DNA from: an uncultured Bacillota bacterium
Lineage (GTDB): Bacteria; Sysuimicrobiota; Sysuimicrobiia; Sysuimicrobiales; Segetimicrobiaceae
Direction: 5' to 3'
NCBI GenBank assembly: GCA_963804645.1
Contig: CAWDRG010000009.1
Location: forward strand, 1,184,001-1,248,000
Length of the DNA: 64,000 bases
This document shows positions 12,222-20,690 of this stretch, piece after piece. Each line of letters opens with the position of its first letter. Positions within the stretch are counted from its first letter, which is position 1. A program made the position numbers and the translations under genes. Below the pieces are notes generated by a model. The model was not told where the DNA came from and searched no databases. It saw only the letters and a list, made by a program, of their open reading frames with translations.

Positions 12222-13664
12222 TTATACGTCGTAGTACAGGAAGAACTCGTAGGGCACGGGCCGGATGTTGACCTCGTGGACTTCCTTCGTGCGCTTGTAA
12301 TCGATCCACGTGTCGAGCAGGTCGCGCGTGAACACGTCCCCCTCGAGCAGGAACTCGTGGTCGTCCTCGAGCGCCGCGAGCGAGACGTCGAGCGACCCCG
12401 GCACGCTCTTGATCTTGGCGGCCTCATCCGGCGGCAGCTCGTAGATGTTCCGGTCGAGGGGACCGAACCCCGCCTTCGTAGGATCAATCTTGCGCTTGAT
12501 CCCGTCGAGGCCGGCCATCAGCATGGCCGCGAACCCGAGGTACGGGTTGCACGTGGCGTCCGGGCACCGGAACTCCAGCCGCTTGCTGCTGGCCGCCGCG
12601 GGGCCCGAGAAGTACATCGGGATGCGGATCGCGGCGCTCCGGTTGCGCTTGCTGAACGCGATGTTCACCGGGGCCTCGTAGTGGGGGACGAGCCGGCGGT
12701 ACGAGTTCGTCGTGCACGCGCACAGGCCCAGCAGCGCGTTGACGTGGGTCAGCAGCCCGCCGACGTAGTACAGCGCCTCCTGGCTCAGTTCCGCATAGCC
12801 GCCCTCGCTGTAGAAGAGGTTCGCGCCGCCCTTCCACAGACTCTGGTGGACGTGCATGCCGGTTCCATTATCGCCGAACAGCGGCTTCGGCATGAACGTC
12901 GCGGTCAGGCCGTGGCGGCGGGCGACGTTCTTCACGATGTACTTGTAGCTCATCAGCGAGTCGGCCATTCTCGCGAGCGTGTTGTACTTGATGTCGATCT
13001 CGCACTGCCCGGCCGAGGCGACTTCGTGGTGCTGCATCTCCACCTCGATGCCCCAGGCTTCCATCTGCAGCGACATCTCGCTGCGGAGGTCGAGCAGCGT
13101 GTCGGCCGGCGCGACGGGGAAGTACCCCTCCTTCGAGCGGATCCGGTTGCCCATCCCGGGCTGGCCGGTGTTCCAGATCGCCTCGGGCGAGTCGATGCTG
13201 TACCCCATCCGCTGGGGGAGCACGTCGTACTGGACATTGCTGAACACGAAGAACTCGGCCTCGGGACCCCAGTAGCTCGTGTCCGCGATGCCCGTCGTCT
13301 TGAGGTACTCCTCGGCCTTCTGGGCAACGTGGCGCGGATCCCGCGTGTACGGCTTGCCCGTCGTCGGATCGTTGACGTTGCAGATGACCGAGAGCGTCGG
13401 CACCTCGGTGAACGGATCGGGCCGCGCGCTCGCCGGGTCCGGCATCAGGATCATGTCGCTCTCTTCGATCGCCTGGAACCCGCGGATGCTGCTGCCGTCG
13501 AAGCCGATCCCGCGCTTGAACGTCTTTTCGTCGATCTGGCTCGCGGGGATCGTCGCGTGCTGCCAGGTGCCCGGCATGTCCACGAACTTGAAGTCCACCA
13601 TCTTGATGCCGTGGTCCTTAATGTAGGCGACGACTTCCGACGCGCCCATGTCCTTGCCCGCCAT
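12222..13664 (-). CDS. glnA: Glutamine synthetase type I (GSI-beta-like)
   Basis: FDGSSI, HHEVA, ATFMPKP, NGTGMHVHQSL, NSYRRLVP, NRSAAIRIP, RLEFRCPD; NIYEL adenylylation-site Tyr. Confidence 0.98.
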   Translation of the reverse strand: MAGKDMGASEVVAYIKDHGIKMVDFKFVDMPGTWQHATIPASQIDEKTFKRGIGFDGSSIRGFQAIEESDMILMPDPASARPDPFTEVPTLSVICNVNDPTTGKPYTRDPRHVAQKAEEYLKTTGIADTSYWGPEAEFFVFSNVQYDVLPQRMGYSIDSPEAIWNTGQPGMGNRIRSKEGYFPVAPADTLLDLRSEMSLQMEAWGIEVEMQHHEVASAGQCEIDIKYNTLARMADSLMSYKYIVKNVARRHGLTATFMPKPLFGDNGTGMHVHQSLWKGGANLFYSEGGYAELSQEALYYVGGLLTHVNALLGLCACTTNSYRRLVPHYEAPVNIAFSKRNRSAAIRIPMYFSGPAAASSKRLEFRCPDATCNPYLGFAAMLMAGLDGIKRKIDPTKAGFGPLDRNIYELPPDEAAKIKSVPGSLDVSLAALEDDHEFLLEGDVFTRDLLDTWIDYKRTKEVHEVNIRPVPYEFFLYYDV

Positions 13665-13706
13665 GGCCTGCACCTCCGTGTCCCCACGGGACAGAGTCGG
13701 TTCTCG

Positions 13707-13746
13707 AAAACAAAAACGCCTCCCGAGCGAATGCTCGAAAGGCGTC
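13707..13746 (-). terminator. Intrinsic terminator inside the glnA 5' leader (attenuator)
   Basis: Minus strand GACGCCTTTCGAGC-ATTC-GCTCGGGAGGCGTT (14 bp including 3 G-U pairs) followed by TTTGTTTT, between the promoter and the glnA start. Confidence 0.8.
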
Positions 13747-13771
13747 AGGGCCTCCGGTACGTCACGGTACC
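13739..13771 (-). promoter_or_regulatory. Dual-hexaloop hairpin element, putative ANTAR antitermination target
   Basis: GGTAC[CGTGAC]GTACC-G-GAGGC[CCTGAC]GCCTT; the second hairpin overlaps the terminator 5' arm. Confidence 0.7.
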
Positions 13772-13778
13772 TGGCCCG

Positions 13779-13807
13779 GTTATACCATGTGCCCGACGGC
13801 CCGTCAA
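13779..13807 (-). promoter_or_regulatory. sigma70-type promoter of glnA
   Basis: Minus strand TTGACG-17 nt-TATAAC with an extended -10 TG. Confidence 0.8.
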
Positions 13808-13914
13808 CCGGGGCGACGCGCGCGGGCGGGCGGCGCGCGATCCGCGCCGGTGCTTCAACAGATCGAGGGCGCCCCTGGAAGCTGGACGCCCTCGACGCCT
13901 ATGTCGGACGTGAG

Positions 13915-14139
13915 TTACAGCTCGATCGACTCGAGCATGGCATCCAGTTCCCGGCGCAGTTCCGGCGTGTTGTGGTGACCGTGGCTCGCCACCGCGTGGG
14001 TCGCCGCGGCCTCGAGGAGATCCGCGCGCTGCCCCGCCGGGGCCATGATCACCAGCCTGCAGTTCTTTTCACTGGGGAACCGCCCGCAATTTGCCATGAG
14101 CCACTGCCCCTTCGCCAAGCCTGCCTGTTTGAGTTCCAT
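13915..14139 (-). CDS. DUF1059-like small Cys/His protein
   Basis: CGRFPSEKNC...LLEAAATHAVASHGHHNTPEL pattern. Confidence 0.75.
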   Translation of the reverse strand: MELKQAGLAKGQWLMANCGRFPSEKNCRLVIMAPAGQRADLLEAAATHAVASHGHHNTPELRRELDAMLESIEL

Positions 14140-14244
14140 CTCGATCAACTCCCTTGTGTGAATGTCGTCCGCCGCGTGCGGCGGTGTGGTGCCGGACCGG
14201 TGCTGGACAAGGATCCAAAGACGGGGCCCGCTCGACGCAACCCG

Positions 14245-14604
14245 TCAGGTGAGTCGGGCGTACGCGGTCATTCCGGTGACGTCGATGACCACCACGGGAT
14301 CGGCTCCGACGACCCAGGCGTCGTGCCCCGGGGGCAGCACCGACACGTCGCCCGGCACGAACTCCTGTTCCGTTCCGTCGTCCATCCGCACCCGCAGGCG
14401 TCCCGCGACGTGGTACTGGGTGTGCGGCGCTTCGCAGCTCTTCGTCTTCACGATCGGTCGAACCGAATCGGACCACTTCCACCCGGGCTCGAACGTGCCC
14501 CGTCCAAACGTAATGCCGCCGAGCGTGACAAGTTCCAACTTGCCCTTTGGAAACGACCGCGTTTCGTCGGGCGCGTTCAGGGTCTTGTGCTGCATCGGTG
14601 CCAT
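14245..14604 (-). CDS. Cupin-domain protein
   Basis: FEPGWKWS...SCEAPHTQYHVAGRLRVRMDDG...PPGHDAWVVG. Confidence 0.88.
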   Translation of the reverse strand: MAPMQHKTLNAPDETRSFPKGKLELVTLGGITFGRGTFEPGWKWSDSVRPIVKTKSCEAPHTQYHVAGRLRVRMDDGTEQEFVPGDVSVLPPGHDAWVVGADPVVVIDVTGMTAYARLT

Positions 14605-14649
14605 CGTCCACCCCCTTCTGCCATCGGCTGAGCGATTGCTCTCGGCGCT

Positions 14650-14714
14650 AGCGTACCGCGCCCCCGTTGCCGTGGCGTTCCGGAGGCCTTCCAGGGCTGT
14701 TCATGCGGAGTTCA
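14650..14714 (-). promoter_or_regulatory. Five 11-bp-periodic direct repeats plus a -10 box, putative SARP/BTAD activator site
   Basis: Minus strand TGAAC-N6-TGAAC-N6-GGAAG-N6-GGAAC-N6-GCAAC-N10-TACGCT, upstream of the cupin gene. Confidence 0.6.
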
Positions 14715-14752
14715 AATTGGGGGTTCTGCCGGATCCGGCGCCTGGCGGGCCG

Positions 14753-17700
14753 TCAGACCAGATCGGACGCGAGCCGGAGGTTCTCTTCGAGGGTGTCGGT
14801 GCGGCCGCGGAGCCTGGCCGAGGCCCACGCCGCGCCGCCGAGCGCCTCCCGGAGCCGGGTGACGACGCGCTCGTGGTCCGGCTCGTCGACTGGCCAGCGG
14901 GGGGTCCCGATGGCCTCGCGCATCCCGTCCGCGGCGCCGAGCAGGCGCGCCGCCGGCTCGACACTGCCGCCGGCCTCTGCGACGCGCGCCAGGCCCTCCA
15001 AACACTCGATGATTCCACGCTGGTCTCCCAGGGCCCGGCGGCGCTGGAGGCTGTCGCGGATCAGCCGGGCCGCGTCCGGGAGGTCGCCCGCAGCGCACGC
15101 CACCATGCCGAGTTGAAACAACGGCGTGGCGAGGTCCCCGTCGGGATTGCTGTGCTCGAGCAGCCGGAGGCTCTCCTCGAGCAGCTGCTTCGCCCGCGCG
15201 TGCTCGCCGCGGTACCGGGCGAGCGTACCCAGCCCGGCGAGCGATTCCGCGATCCCGCTCGTGTCCTCGAGGGCCCGCTGGACGGGGAGGCTCTCGTCGA
15301 ACAGCGCCGCGGCCCTCGCCATCTCGCCCCGGGCGAGGGCGACGAGCCCGAGGCCGCACTTCCGGTACGCGGCGTCCCATTTCTTCCCGAGCTCGTCCGC
15401 CAGCGCGATCCCCGCCTCCAGCAGGCCGGCGGCCCGCTCGTGCTGGCCCCGCATCAGCGCGATCCGCCCCAGTCTGCCGAGCGACGCCGCCACCGCCGGT
15501 TTGCGGCCGAGCTGACGTTGCAGTCCCAGCGCTTCTTCCATCAGGACGTCCGCGCGTCCGTATTCCGCGTGGTTCGTCGCGAGGATCCCGAGTTGATAGA
15601 GACACTGGGCGATCCCCGCCGTGTCCCCGACGCGGCGGAAGAGCGCCAAGCTCTCCTCGAGCAGGCGGGCGGCTCCCCCGGGATCCCCCTCGTGCAGGGC
15701 CACCGTCGCGATCTCGGCCAGGGCGACCGCGCTCGTCCACGGGTCGGTCACCGACCGGCCCAGCGCCCGGCTTTCCTCGCAGATCGCGACGCCGCGCGCA
15801 TGCTGGCCGCGGTGCCACGTCGCGTGGCCGAGCCAGGCGAGCGACAGCATCAGCGCCTCCCGATCTTGCTGCCCGCGCGCGATCGGGACCGCCTGCTCCA
15901 AGACCGCGCCGGCGTGATCGAAGTCGTCCTGCGCGAAGGCCAGCCGTCCGGCTCCGATCAGCACCCGCATGCGCACGACGGGGTCGGCCCGTTCCGAGCG
16001 CAGCGCGCGCTCGAGCCAGTCGCGTCCCTCGCTGAGGTAGCCGCGCCCGTGCCAATATCCCGAGAGCGCCGCCGTCATCAGCACGCCCGCGTCGTCCGCC
16101 TGTTGGCCGAGCGACCACTCGAGCGCGGCGCGCAGGTTGTCGTGCTCATTCTCGAGCCGGTCCAGCCACACGGCCTGGTCCGGTCCCCTCAACGCCGGCG
16201 CCGCTTCGTCGGCCAGGCGCCCGAAGAACGCGCCGTGGCGTCGGCGCACCGCCACGGCCTCGCCCGACTCGACGAGCTTGGTCTGGATGTACTGCCGCAC
16301 CGTCTCCAGCAGGCGGTAGCGGCCCGGTTCCATCAGCACCATCGACTTGTCCACGAGCTGGGCCAGCAGGTTGAGCACGTCCACCTCGTCGAGCGCGTCG
16401 CCGGCGCCGACGGCCTGCGCCGCGTCCAGCGTGAATCCGCCGGCGAACACCGAGAGATGCCGCAGCAGCGCGCGCTCCGGTTCCGGCAGGAGGTCGTAGC
16501 TCCAGTCCATGGCGGCGCGGAGGGTTTGGTGGCGGGACATGGCCGTCCGCGTGCCCCCGGTCAGCAGCCGGAACCGGTCGTTGAGGCGGGCGGCGATGAC
16601 TTCCACCGGCAGCGCCTTCAGCCGTGCCGCCGCGAGTTCGAGCGCCAGCGGGATCCCGTCGAGGTGCGTGCAGATCGCGGCGACCATCGACGCGTTCTCG
16701 GCCGTCAGCGTGAAGCCCGGCTGGCTCAGCGCCGCCCGCTCAAGGAACAGGCGTACCCCGTCGTACTGCAGCAGGTGCTCCGCGCGCCCGGACTGACGCG
16801 CGTCGGGAACCGACAGCGATGAGACCCGATACACGGCTTCGCCCGCGACGCCGAGCACCTCTCGGCTCGTCGCCAGAATGCGGAGATCGGGACAGCGGCG
16901 GAGCAGGGCCTCGGCAAACTGCACGCATCCGCTCGCGACATGCTCGCAGTTGTCCAGCAGCAAGAGCGCGCGCTTGGTGAGCAGATAGTCGCTCAGGGCG
17001 GTGACGAGCGACCGCGTCGTCTCCTCTCGAAGATCGAGGACGGAGGCGACGGCCTGGGGGATCAGCGTCGCGTCGGGCAGGACGGAGAGGTCGACCAGCC
17101 AGACTCCGTCCGGGAACTCCGGCTGCGCGCCGGCCGCCACTTCGAGCGCGAGGCGGGTCTTGCCGACGCCGCCGGCGCCGACGAGCGTCAACTGCCGGCT
17201 GGCCGCGAGGCGCTCCCGGACCTCCGCGAGCTCGCGCGTCCGACCGACGAAGCTTGTGAGGGCGAGCGGGAGGTTGGTGCGTCCGCGCGCGGGCTGGTCC
17301 GCGGGCGGTCGCGCCGGCGCGGGCGGCGGAGGAGCGGCGGGGGGCACCGTGCCGGCGACGACGTCCTCGTAGAGGCGCTGGCTCGCGGCGTCGGGCGCGG
17401 CGTCGAACTCGCGGCTGAGCGCCTCGCGCAGGATCTGATACTGGCGGAGCGCATGCAGGCGCTGGCCCGTGGCCGCGTACAGACGCATCAGGCCGCGGTG
17501 CGCCTCCTCCCGGCCCGCGTCGGCCACGAGGAGTAGCTGGAAGGTCTCGATCGCCTGCCCGTACGCCCGCTCCGCCTCATACAGCGCCGCCAGATCGTAC
17601 AGCAGCGCGAGATACTCCTGCTGCAGCGCGTCCCGCCGGCCGACGGACCACTCCTCGTACCGGTCCTCGGGAAGCACTTCACCGCCGTACAGGCCGAGGG

Positions 17701-18118
17701 CCGATTGATACGCGTCGATCCGCTTTGTCGTCCTTGCGCGGATGACGGCCTGCTCGAACGCGTCGGCGTCGATCCACACCGCATCGCGCGCCAGCATGAT
17801 GACGTCGTCTTGGAGCGACAGTGTGCGTGGGGCCGGCGCGGGCCCGTCGGCTTCGAGCACACGTCTGGCGATGTGCATCGCCTTGCGGAGGTTATTCGCC
17901 GCCGCGGGGGGCTCGAGGTCGGGCCACAGCCACTCGGTGACCTGCTCCCGGTGGAGGCGGTGGCCCGGGGTGAGCGCCAGCAACTTGACGAGGGTTCTCG
18001 ACTTGCGAAGGGGCCACGCGGCGGAAGGAATCTCCCGGGGTCCGGACGCCACCCGGAACCCGCCGAGAATCCAGATGCTCAGTTGGCTGCCCGGCTCCTC
18101 GAGGTGATCACCCGGCAT
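14753..18118 (-). CDS. SARP/BTAD transcriptional regulator with STAND ATPase and TPR repeats (AfsR-like)
   Basis: N-terminal wHTH-BTAD (LLALTPGHRLHREQ, EEAHRGLMRLY); NLPLALTSFVGR, GAGGVGKT, LDNCEH, LDGIPLALELAA; C-terminal TPRs. Confidence 0.92.
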   Translation of the reverse strand: MPGDHLEEPGSQLSIWILGGFRVASGPREIPSAAWPLRKSRTLVKLLALTPGHRLHREQVTEWLWPDLEPPAAANNLRKAMHIARRVLEADGPAPAPRTLSLQDDVIMLARDAVWIDADAFEQAVIRARTTKRIDAYQSALGLYGGEVLPEDRYEEWSVGRRDALQQEYLALLYDLAALYEAERAYGQAIETFQLLLVADAGREEAHRGLMRLYAATGQRLHALRQYQILREALSREFDAAPDAASQRLYEDVVAGTVPPAAPPPPAPARPPADQPARGRTNLPLALTSFVGRTRELAEVRERLAASRQLTLVGAGGVGKTRLALEVAAGAQPEFPDGVWLVDLSVLPDATLIPQAVASVLDLREETTRSLVTALSDYLLTKRALLLLDNCEHVASGCVQFAEALLRRCPDLRILATSREVLGVAGEAVYRVSSLSVPDARQSGRAEHLLQYDGVRLFLERAALSQPGFTLTAENASMVAAICTHLDGIPLALELAAARLKALPVEVIAARLNDRFRLLTGGTRTAMSRHQTLRAAMDWSYDLLPEPERALLRHLSVFAGGFTLDAAQAVGAGDALDEVDVLNLLAQLVDKSMVLMEPGRYRLLETVRQYIQTKLVESGEAVAVRRRHGAFFGRLADEAAPALRGPDQAVWLDRLENEHDNLRAALEWSLGQQADDAGVLMTAALSGYWHGRGYLSEGRDWLERALRSERADPVVRMRVLIGAGRLAFAQDDFDHAGAVLEQAVPIARGQQDREALMLSLAWLGHATWHRGQHARGVAICEESRALGRSVTDPWTSAVALAEIATVALHEGDPGGAARLLEESLALFRRVGDTAGIAQCLYQLGILATNHAEYGRADVLMEEALGLQRQLGRKPAVAASLGRLGRIALMRGQHERAAGLLEAGIALADELGKKWDAAYRKCGLGLVALARGEMARAAALFDESLPVQRALEDTSGIAESLAGLGTLARYRGEHARAKQLLEESLRLLEHSNPDGDLATPLFQLGMVACAAGDLPDAARLIRDSLQRRRALGDQRGIIECLEGLARVAEAGGSVEPAARLLGAADGMREAIGTPRWPVDEPDHERVVTRLREALGGAAWASARLRGRTDTLEENLRLASDLV

Positions 18119-18291
18119 GCCCGCACGCTCCTTTGCCCGTCGGCTTTCGAGGCATGCGTCGCGGATGCCTCCACGGCCGCGGGCGGGCGCCGGGGGTTCC
18201 CGGGGCGCTTCGGCAGGCGCCGGAGCGCGCGGTCCGAAAGTCATTCAGCGGCGCGGCCGGCGGTCGCGACGATATCGCGGAGGGATGGCCG

Positions 18292-18846
18292 ATGCTCGCG
18301 TACGTGTTTTGGCACTATCCGGATGCGGGGCTGGACGCTGGACGGTACGAGGCGCACCTTGCTGCGTTCCATCGCGCGCTCGCCGCGGCGTCGCCCGATG
18401 GATTTCTCGGATCCGCGGCGTACCGGATCGACGGGGCTCCCTGGCTCCCGGGCAGCGATGGATACGAGGACTGGTACGAACTGGCCGACTGGACGGCGCT
18501 CGGCGTGCTGAACGCGGCCGCGGTGTCCGCGTCCACGCGCGGCGATCACGATGCCGTGGCGGGCCTGGCGGACGGCGGAGCGGGTGGCGTCTATCAATCG
18601 CTGCGTTCGGCCGCTCGCGGCGCGTCAGACGCCGGGCTGTGGCTCACCAAGCCGAGAGGCACGCCGTATTCCGAGTTCATGGGGGCGTTGGAGGCCCTGC
18701 CAGCGGTCTTCGCACTGTGGCAGCGGCAGATGGTGTTGGGGCCGACCGCGGAGTACTTCGTCGCCGGCCCTGAGGCGATGCTCGAGCACGCGATCTTCCC
18801 CGGCGGCTGGAAGCCCCGGTTGATCCGCCGGCATCGTGTGTTCTGA
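18292..18846 (+). CDS. Hypothetical protein
   Basis: ATG after GGAGGG; protein-like composition (LAYVFWH...YEDWYEL...LWQRQMVLGP). Confidence 0.7.
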   Translation: MLAYVFWHYPDAGLDAGRYEAHLAAFHRALAAASPDGFLGSAAYRIDGAPWLPGSDGYEDWYELADWTALGVLNAAAVSASTRGDHDAVAGLADGGAGGVYQSLRSAARGASDAGLWLTKPRGTPYSEFMGALEALPAVFALWQRQMVLGPTAEYFVAGPEAMLEHAIFPGGWKPRLIRRHRVF

Positions 18847-18946
18847 ACTGGGAGCCGGCACGGAGCGGGCGCGGCGTGCTCACCGGATGGCTCGTCACAG
18901 GCGCACGCGCCACCCGCGGCACGACAGGCCGTGCTGATAGGCTGGG

Positions 18947-20689
18947 CTAGCGCTCGCGGCCGGCGCGCCGGCGCGCGGGGCGCTTGGCGCGCGGCTTCGA
19001 CGCGGCGGTCGACCGCTTGGCCGCCGCTTTCTTGGTCCGAGCCGGTTTCTTGGCTTTGGCCGCGGCGCGCTTCGGCCGCGGAGGGGGCGGCGCGGCCTGC
19101 GGGCCGCCGACCGGCACCAACTCGAACTGCGCGGTCGGCGCCGGCACCCCGGCGCCCTTCACCGTGCCCGGCAGAATCCTAAATACCGGACAGAGGAAGA
19201 CCTCGATCCGGCCGCCGCCCGGCGCAAACAGCGCCGGCAGGTGGAGCGATCGAAGCCCGACGAGCGTCAGGGGGCCGGTCGGCGGCGTGCTGAGCCACCG
19301 GCGCGCGGTCTCGTAGGCCGGCGTCCCGGGGACGGCGACCGCGGTGATGCGGGTCTTCCCGGCCGCGTCGCCGAACGCGAACAGGAACGGACGTCCGTCG
19401 ACGAACTGGCTCCGGCCCCCGTAGAACTGGCCGGTCATGTACACGTAGGCGGTTTCGACCACCGGCGCGTGCCGGAACGTCATCGTGCCGCCCGTGAACG
19501 CGACGCGCGTGGACGGCTGGAAGTCCGGAAACGGCATCGGGTGGACGGCGTCGATCTGCGCCCACTCCGCCTCGCCGGGCGCGTCGATCGAGACCGGCGG
19601 GAACGTCAGGCCGCGCTCGGTCACGATGGTGCGCACGGGGTGGATCTCGAGCAGATGCGGGATCACGGGGTGTCCGACGGACGCGTGGTCGGGCAGCATC
19701 CGCAGCAGGCCCGTGACCGTGACGCGCTGCTGCGTCCCAATCATCTCGTCGAGCAGCCGCGCGTACTGGCTGTGCCCGGTGCCGCCGGCCTCGAGCGCCC
19801 CCGGCCGCACCGCGTTCTGGATGACGCAGGCGATCGTGTCGCGCGTCGCGCCGTCGGCCGGGGCGGGCGACAGCCCGAACGCCACGCCCAACCCGTACTC
19901 GCCTTCGCCGGTGCGCGCCGTCACGTACCCTTCCGCGGTCACGTCGATGCCCGGCGAGAACCGGAGGTACGCGAGCGGCTCGGCGCCCGAGACGACGAAG
20001 TCCTGCTGGTCGCCCGAGCTCGGGAGGATGCTCACCGCGCTCAGCACCCGCAGGAGGTCCGCGGGCGTCCGCACCTCGATCCGGCCCGCCGGGCGCGCCG
20101 GCGTGTGCTGGCGCATCTCGTCCGACACCAGGATCGCGCGGGCGATCTCCCGCATGGGGGTGCGCGTGTTGCGGCTCTGCCGCTGGATGCGGAGGAACGC
20201 TTCCTGCTCGTCGATCCCCTCGCGCTGCATCAGGATGCCTTTCGCGCGGTCGACCAGCTTGCGCGTCTCCAGGGTCTCCTTGAGGTTGCCGACCTCCTGC
20301 TGGAGCGCGCGCAGCTCCGCGAAGCGCGCCATCGCCACCTCGATCACGGGGACCAGCTCGGCCTCGCGCACCGGCTTGACGAGGTAGGCCAGGACCCCGG
20401 CCTCTTGGGCCCGCTGGACGAGGTCGCGCTCGCTCCACGCCGTCAGGAGGATGATCGGCCGCGGCTGCCGCGTCATGATCGTTGAGGCGGCCGAGATCCC
20501 GTCGAGCCCCGGCATCTTGATGTCGAGGAAGATCAGCTCCGGGTTGAGCTTGGCGGCGAGCGCCACCGCTTCCTCACCGTCGCTCGCTTCCCCGACCACC
20601 GTGTAGTCGTGCTCCTCCAGCATCGTGCGGAGGCCCATGCGGATGACCGGCTCGTCGTCGGCGATGAGGATGCGCATCGCGTCGGTCAT
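18947..20689 (-). CDS. REC-ANTAR response regulator (PdtaR/EutV-like) with a long C-terminal extension of unknown function
   Basis: IADDEP, LDIKMPG, YLVKP receiver motifs; ANTAR LETRKLVDRAKGILMQREGIDEQEAFLRIQRQSRNTRTPMREIA; ~380 extra aa. Confidence 0.92.
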   Translation of the reverse strand: MTDAMRILIADDEPVIRMGLRTMLEEHDYTVVGEASDGEEAVALAAKLNPELIFLDIKMPGLDGISAASTIMTRQPRPIILLTAWSERDLVQRAQEAGVLAYLVKPVREAELVPVIEVAMARFAELRALQQEVGNLKETLETRKLVDRAKGILMQREGIDEQEAFLRIQRQSRNTRTPMREIARAILVSDEMRQHTPARPAGRIEVRTPADLLRVLSAVSILPSSGDQQDFVVSGAEPLAYLRFSPGIDVTAEGYVTARTGEGEYGLGVAFGLSPAPADGATRDTIACVIQNAVRPGALEAGGTGHSQYARLLDEMIGTQQRVTVTGLLRMLPDHASVGHPVIPHLLEIHPVRTIVTERGLTFPPVSIDAPGEAEWAQIDAVHPMPFPDFQPSTRVAFTGGTMTFRHAPVVETAYVYMTGQFYGGRSQFVDGRPFLFAFGDAAGKTRITAVAVPGTPAYETARRWLSTPPTGPLTLVGLRSLHLPALFAPGGGRIEVFLCPVFRILPGTVKGAGVPAPTAQFELVPVGGPQAAPPPPRPKRAAAKAKKPARTKKAAAKRSTAASKPRAKRPARRRAGRER

Positions 20690-20690
20690 C

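Noticed and set aside
13707..13775. glnA glutamine riboswitch
   Set aside because: I could not see the three-stem junction of that riboswitch class; the dual-hexaloop plus terminator layout fits protein-mediated antitermination better
14753..18118. STAND ATPase-TPR protein as an anti-phage (Avs-like) system
   Set aside because: The N-terminal domain is a wHTH-BTAD activator, not a nuclease/TIR/Sir2 effector, and a matching repeat array is adjacent
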